Of a stretch of 64,000 bases of DNA, positions 58,399-64,000 are shown one piece after another. Each line of letters starts with the position of its first letter. The first letter of the stretch is position 1. The notes under the pieces were generated by a model. The model did no database searches, had not been told where the DNA came from, and worked only from the letters and a program-made list of their open reading frames with translations. Source of the DNA: Histomonas meleagridis 2922-C6/04-290x (lineage: Eukaryota > Protista > Parabasalia); NCBI GenBank assembly GCA_020184695.1, contig JAANOX010000011.1:310001-374000 (forward strand), written 5' to 3'. The translations under genes were made by a program, and so were the position numbers.

Positions 58399-58871
58399 TT
58401 GTTAAACGCCATTTGTCTGTTTTGAATGATTTATATTTAATATTTGGATTGATTTTGATCCACCTTATAAAATTAAGGGATCTCTTTATGGAAAAACAGT
58501 TTCGATTTTAATTGCCCATGTTATATGCTAGTATCTGTTGCTAGTTAGGAAGAATTATAGGGTTGTCTTAAAAAAATTTAAAATGACTAAATAACATTTC
58601 CAGACAATTTTTACTTTAAAGTTTAAATGTTGTTTTGAAATCTTCAAATTGCCATATTTATTGTTTTGATAATATCAATTATAATTGAATCGGTTTGTTA
58701 AGGATTAAAGTATTTATTTGGTTGCTGTAACTTCTCCTTGTAGTATCAAAAAATTTAGTCTAAAAACTGTCACTTTTGATGAGGATCTGATCTAACTTTT
58801 TGAGTAAAATCGTTTCAAATTGACTGTATTTCGATCGTCAGCGTCAGGAATATTCCATTACATTTAACCTA

Positions 58872-59687
58872 ATGAAGATTATAGAGTTCCGTATTATTCT
58901 TCCAACAAATGTCACACAATACCAAATTGGAAACTTGTACATGTGTGCACAACGTACTCGTGAGGAATCTGGTGGTGGAGAAGGGATCGAAATTTTAAAG
59001 AATGAACCATATAGTGATTGGAATGGCGAAAGCGGACAATTCACCCACAAGGTACTTCACTTTAAATCAAGGATTCCAGCTTTCATTCGTTGGGCAATAC
59101 CCGACAAGTATCTTCATGTTCATGAAACATCTCATAATGGTTACCCACATTTCCACACAGAGTATCACATACCTGGCCAAGATGACTGGTTTTACATGTT
59201 AGTTGAATCTCAACATATCCCTTATTCTAGAGATACCCCAATCCCAGATAACATAATGAATCTAAAACCAGAGGAACTTGCTATGCGCAAAGTATGCTAC
59301 TTAGATATTGTTAATTCCAATCCAAAACCACAAAAGAAGGAATGGGATATGCATAATTTTGTATGCCCTGAAGCAGAAATTACCACTCCATTATCAACAC
59401 CAAAGAATACAAGAGACGAAACAAAGCCACCCGAATGGACAGAGACATATCCAGGAACGATGATGGTTTGCGTTAAGATTGTCAAAATCATGTTCAAATG
59501 GAAGGGCCTCCAAACTGCAGTCGAAAAGCTTGCAACAGATTCTGTCTTCCATGATGTATTCCTTGATTCACATCGTGCAATGATGAGATGGGCTGATAAA
59601 TGGTTCCCGATGAATATGGAACAAATAAGAGCAATGGAGCAAGAGCTTCAAGATGAGCAAAAAACTCAAAAATTTGACCAGGAATAA
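58872..59687 (+). CDS. Phosphatidylinositol transfer protein (class I/II PITP)
   Basis: IIEFRIILP..V.QYQIGNLY, GGGEGIEILKNEPY, GQFTHKVLH, HRAMMRWADKWF.MNMEQIR. Confidence 0.95.
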   Translation: MKIIEFRIILPTNVTQYQIGNLYMCAQRTREESGGGEGIEILKNEPYSDWNGESGQFTHKVLHFKSRIPAFIRWAIPDKYLHVHETSHNGYPHFHTEYHIPGQDDWFYMLVESQHIPYSRDTPIPDNIMNLKPEELAMRKVCYLDIVNSNPKPQKKEWDMHNFVCPEAEITTPLSTPKNTRDETKPPEWTETYPGTMMVCVKIVKIMFKWKGLQTAVEKLATDSVFHDVFLDSHRAMMRWADKWFPMNMEQIRAMEQELQDEQKTQKFDQE

Positions 59688-60287
59688 AAAGTAGAATATT
59701 CAAAAATAAACATCCTGGATTTAATTGGTTTGGAAATTTTTGTTGACATTGACCTTAAAATCGTTATGAAATTTATCAAATGGGAAAATTTTAATTGCAA
59801 AAAAAATGCAAATTGATGCTTGACTTTACGTGATTCCTTGGTAATTATTGGCCGATGTTTAATTTGGTTTTTGCATTTGTTGTAGTTTGGAATGATTGTC
59901 TTTATATCATGTTTATTGATGAATCTGAATTTTCGATCGTACGATCATGTTTAACGTACTTTAGCTCAAATGCTTTCTGTTTTTAACCAATAGCTAATCT
60001 TATCATATTTCATTGTCACCCAAAAATTATTTTGAAGCGCACCAAATAGAAATAAAGAAATAGGTAAAATCAAAATATTTAGAGAAAGCGGGAATTGAAA
60101 TCTTTTATGCAAAGCCATTTTATATTCTAATACAGTAGAAGTGAATAAACATAAGACAAATAACTAAAAGTACAATTAAATTAAAAAAGTGTGATCACAA
60201 AAAATATGTGGTTTGTTGAACAAACTTTGTTCAAAAACTCAGCAATATAATTATTTGAACTTATTGTTTTTATTAACAATTTATTTT

Positions 60288-60704
60288 CTAATTTCTTTCA
60301 CCTCTGATGCGTTGTGCAAGTTGAACATCACGTTCCATAATTGTAACACGGTTAGCATGAATTGCGCAAAGGTTTGTATCCTCAAAGAGACCAACAAGAT
60401 AAGCTTCGGATGCTTCTTGAAGAGCTGCAATTGCTGATGATTGGAAACGAAGATCACCACGGAATCCTGATGCAATTTCACGAACAAGACGTTGGAATGG
60501 AAGCTTACGGATTAAAAGATCTGTACTCTTTTGATATTTACGAATTTCACGAAGAGCAACTGTACCTGGTCTGAAACGATGTTGTTTCTTAGCACCTTGT
60601 GAATCAACAACTGGTGTTGACTTACGAGCTGCCTTAGCACCGAGTGACTTACGTGGAGTCTTACCACCAGTAGACTTACGAGCTGTTTGTTTTGTACGAG
60701 CCAT
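60288..60704 (-). CDS. H3: Histone H3 (trichomonad-type tail), 138 aa
   Basis: [15 protein letters not shown]...[37 protein letters not shown]. Confidence 0.98.
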   Translation of the reverse strand: MARTKQTARKSTGGKTPRKSLGAKAARKSTPVVDSQGAKKQHRFRPGTVALREIRKYQKSTDLLIRKLPFQRLVREIASGFRGDLRFQSSAIAALQEASEAYLVGLFEDTNLCAIHANRVTIMERDVQLAQRIRGERN

Positions 60705-60890
60705 TAGGAAAAATGAGTTGGATAAATTGGAGGGGAAAAATATCACACATTTTTTGCCATTTTAACCCCATTTATTTTGAAAGAATTTTAAATATTTTCT
60801 ATAATAAGAAATGATGGGTTCAAAACGTCATTTGATTTTTTTAAAGATTTTACGAAAAAGACCGGGATTTTAAAATTGAAAAAAATGTGA

Positions 60891-61259
<369 letters not shown>

Positions 61260-61408
61260 ACTGTATAATTCAGAAAAATAAATTCATTTTACACTTTTTA
61301 CTAAAGACTAAATAAAACTTTTTTTGTTTCATAGAAAATAGAGATTTAACAGGTTAAATCAGCTGTCAAAATGTTATTCAAATATTTAACAAGGGCCAAC
61401 CTATATCC

Positions 61409-64000
61409 ATGGATTTTTTGAACTCATTAGCGCAAATAGTATTTAATTTAAATGAACAAAATATAGAACAATCTGTTCATCAGACTATGAATTTATTTGA
61501 TCAAGTTTATTCTTATTCATTTAATATTCTCATATACAGTATGGTTTATACAGCATTTTGTTCCCAAAGAAATGAATTTAACATATACTTATGTTATTTG
61601 CAATTAATACAAAAGGAAGAAGAAGTAATTGGAAATAACTCCAGAATTATTGATGATTTTGGTAAATTCATATCAAAAATCGATTCACAAGAATCATATT
61701 TTCTTTTGAACAAATTAATTGATCAAAATTTAATAGATGAAAACATAATAGATAATATTGAATCATTATATTTTGTTCATCATACCTTGTTAACAAAAGC
61801 TGAAATTAAAAATGGTAATTATCAATTTTCTCAAAGCCTACTCAATAATTATGAAGAACTTTCAAAGAATAATTGGGAACTTCATAAGCAATATATTGAA
61901 GAAGGACATAATCCGAATGAAATTGCAAAAATAATTCGAAATGATGAAATAGAAAAACTTCAAGAAATATCATCACGAATAAAATTTGATTTTAATCAAA
62001 CAATTGAACCATCACTTTATGAAAGGTGTGATTTTGTTAATGATTTGGATGTTAAATTAATTGATTATGCAGCATTCTTCGGATCTATTAAATGTTTTAA
62101 ATACTTACTTATGAATGGTGCAAAATTAGATAATGCATTTAAATACGCAGTTGCAGGTGGAAATATAGAGATCATTCATTTATGTGAACAAAATCATTCA
62201 TCATTTGAAGATGATGCATATGATACAGCAATTAGATTCCATCGAAATGATGTGCTGAAATATATTTATGAAAATAAAATTGTTGAAATCAATGATTTGG
62301 AAGAATTAGGAAAGTTGTGTATACCATATCATAATTATGAATTTTTTTCATTTTTGAAAGGAAAAAGTTTGAAAATTAATAATAATATTATAATTGAAGC
62401 AGCAAAAACAGGTAACATTTTTCTTGTTAAATATTTTTTAAGAGAAAATCGAATACCTAAAGATATTTTGGCTTATTCTACAGAATCAGGTAATATTGAA
62501 CTTGTTAAATATATTTTAGAACAAAAAGGAATTGATATTAATATTGGAGATATTATTTTGTTTTATATGAAATTTGTTTTGATAATTTTGGATTTCATAA
62601 TAATATTTGGGAATTATTTTAAATATTTGAATCAGCACTTATAAAAGCATCTGAAAATGGTTACACAGATATAGTGAAATTACTTCTTGAACAAGAAGGA
62701 ATTAACATTAATACTAAAAATTTTTGTAATTTCTTTGTTTTGTTAAATTCAATCATTTGATATTTTAATATAATATTTGAAATACAATTAAATTATTTAG
62801 TACATCACTGATTTTAGCATCTGAAAAAGGTCACATCAAAATAGTAAAACTGCTTCTTGAACAAAAGGGAATTGATATAAATGATAAAAATATTAATTTA
62901 TTTTAAGTAATAATTTTAATAAAATTTTTATATTTATATTTTTAATTTGAAGTTTATAAGAATTATATGCAAATGCATTAATGAAGGCAACTGAAAATAA
63001 CCACACAGAAATAGTTCGATTACTTCTTGAACAAAAAAGAATTGATATAAATGCTAAAGATGTTCATTTATTAGATTAAATATTTATTTCCGTAATATGA
63101 TATTAATGAATAACATTTGGAAATCATTTTAATTATTTAAAACAGCACTTCTGTATGCAGCTTATAATGGGAACGTAGATATAGTAAAATTACTTCTTAA
63201 ACAAGTTAGTGTTGATATTTGTGTGAAAGATATTTATTTATTTTATTTAATATTTTTTTACGTAATTTGATATTAATGAATCATATTTGGAAATTATTTG
63301 AAATATTTAGAACAGCGCTTATGTATGCATCTGATAATGGTAATCCTAATTTATTTAAATTACTTCTTAAACTAAATATTTTTGATATTAATGCTAAAGA
63401 TATTTATTTGTTTTATTTAATATTTATTTTAATAATTTTTTATTTCAAAATAATATTTGGAAATTATTTTAATTATTTCAAACAGCACTTATGATTGCAT
63501 CCGAAAATAATCAAAAGGAAATAGTTCACTTACTTCTAGAACAAAAAGGAATTAATATTAATATTGTGAATATTTATTTATTTCACTCGTTAATTCAAAT
63601 TATAAAAATATATTTCAAATGAATATATGAAAATTATTTTAATTATTTAGAACAGCCTTACTGATTGCAGACGAAAAACATAACACCGAAATTGAAAATT
63701 TAATAAAACAAAACAAGGCTGAAAATAAAAAAGATGATTGTTTAAATAATTTTGGATCTCAAAATAAGATTTGGAATTTATCTAAAATGTAGGAGACTGT
63801 ACTTATATGGGCATCTTCGAAAGGTTATACAGAAATTGTTAAAGTTCTTATTGAAAAAGAAAAAATAAACATCAATTTCAAAGATATTTATGTAACTCAA
63901 ATAAAGTGTATTCCTGGATATTAATGTTTCAAAATAATATTTGGAAATGCTTTAATTAATTTAAGGCAGCACTTATGATTGCATCTGAAAAAGGTTTCGT
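61409..64000 (+). CDS. DUF3447-like + ankyrin-repeat gene interrupted by 17-nt inserts; runs off the right edge
   Basis: 381 open codons to GD at 62551, then eight 80-nt spacers (EWGE, FDES, NYEA, NDGK, NDGR, NFGQ, VYER, KNGK) and one 60-nt spacer (WGE). Confidence 0.8.

Noticed and set aside
62552-62644. Hydrophobic read-through tails (e.g. IILFYMKFVLIILDFIII, IYLFYLIFILIIYYF) as true transmembrane anchors
   Set aside because: They follow automatically from T-rich inserts, and their length and stops vary between loci (11 aa at 29714). They could arise from unprocessed RNA, but nothing here shows selection on them.

Overview
AT-rich eukaryotic DNA from a parabasalid (trichomonad-type) protist, judged from the histone H3 sequence, the uninterrupted housekeeping ORFs and the DUF3447/ankyrin family expansion. 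The species cannot be fixed from sequence alone. Ordinary genes: FKBP-TPR, a Pmp-like membrane protein, a Furry-like HEAT protein, two CK1-family kinases, a CK2alpha-like kinase, an SMP protein, epsin, a QTRT2-like TGT subunit, UBL-UBA, WW-MyTH4-RhoGAP, a ~4,400-aa multi-C2 protein, RPS2, PITP and a divergent H3/H4 pair. There are also remnants of mariner, pogo-like and Maverick elements. About 14 kb (10 loci) belongs to a DUF3447-like/ankyrin family. Main discovery: each ankyrin repeat (90 nt) is followed by an 80-nt AT-rich spacer that resolves into a strict grid of [17-nt insert + one codon] x4. Removing the four 17-nt inserts restores the ankyrin loop D-x-x-G-x-T, e.g. KD-EDGN-TAF, KD-NDGK-TAL, KD-KYGK-TAL. 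By hand count, 37 of 46 spacers are exactly 80 nt, none of their 148 grid codons is a stop, and 30/37 have Gly in slot 3. Several short spacers (63 and 46 nt) lack exactly one or two inserts and still give correct loops. The inserts lack GT-AG ends. This points to an apparently undescribed way of skipping 17-nt segments between single-codon micro-exons. Mechanism and novelty are untested.
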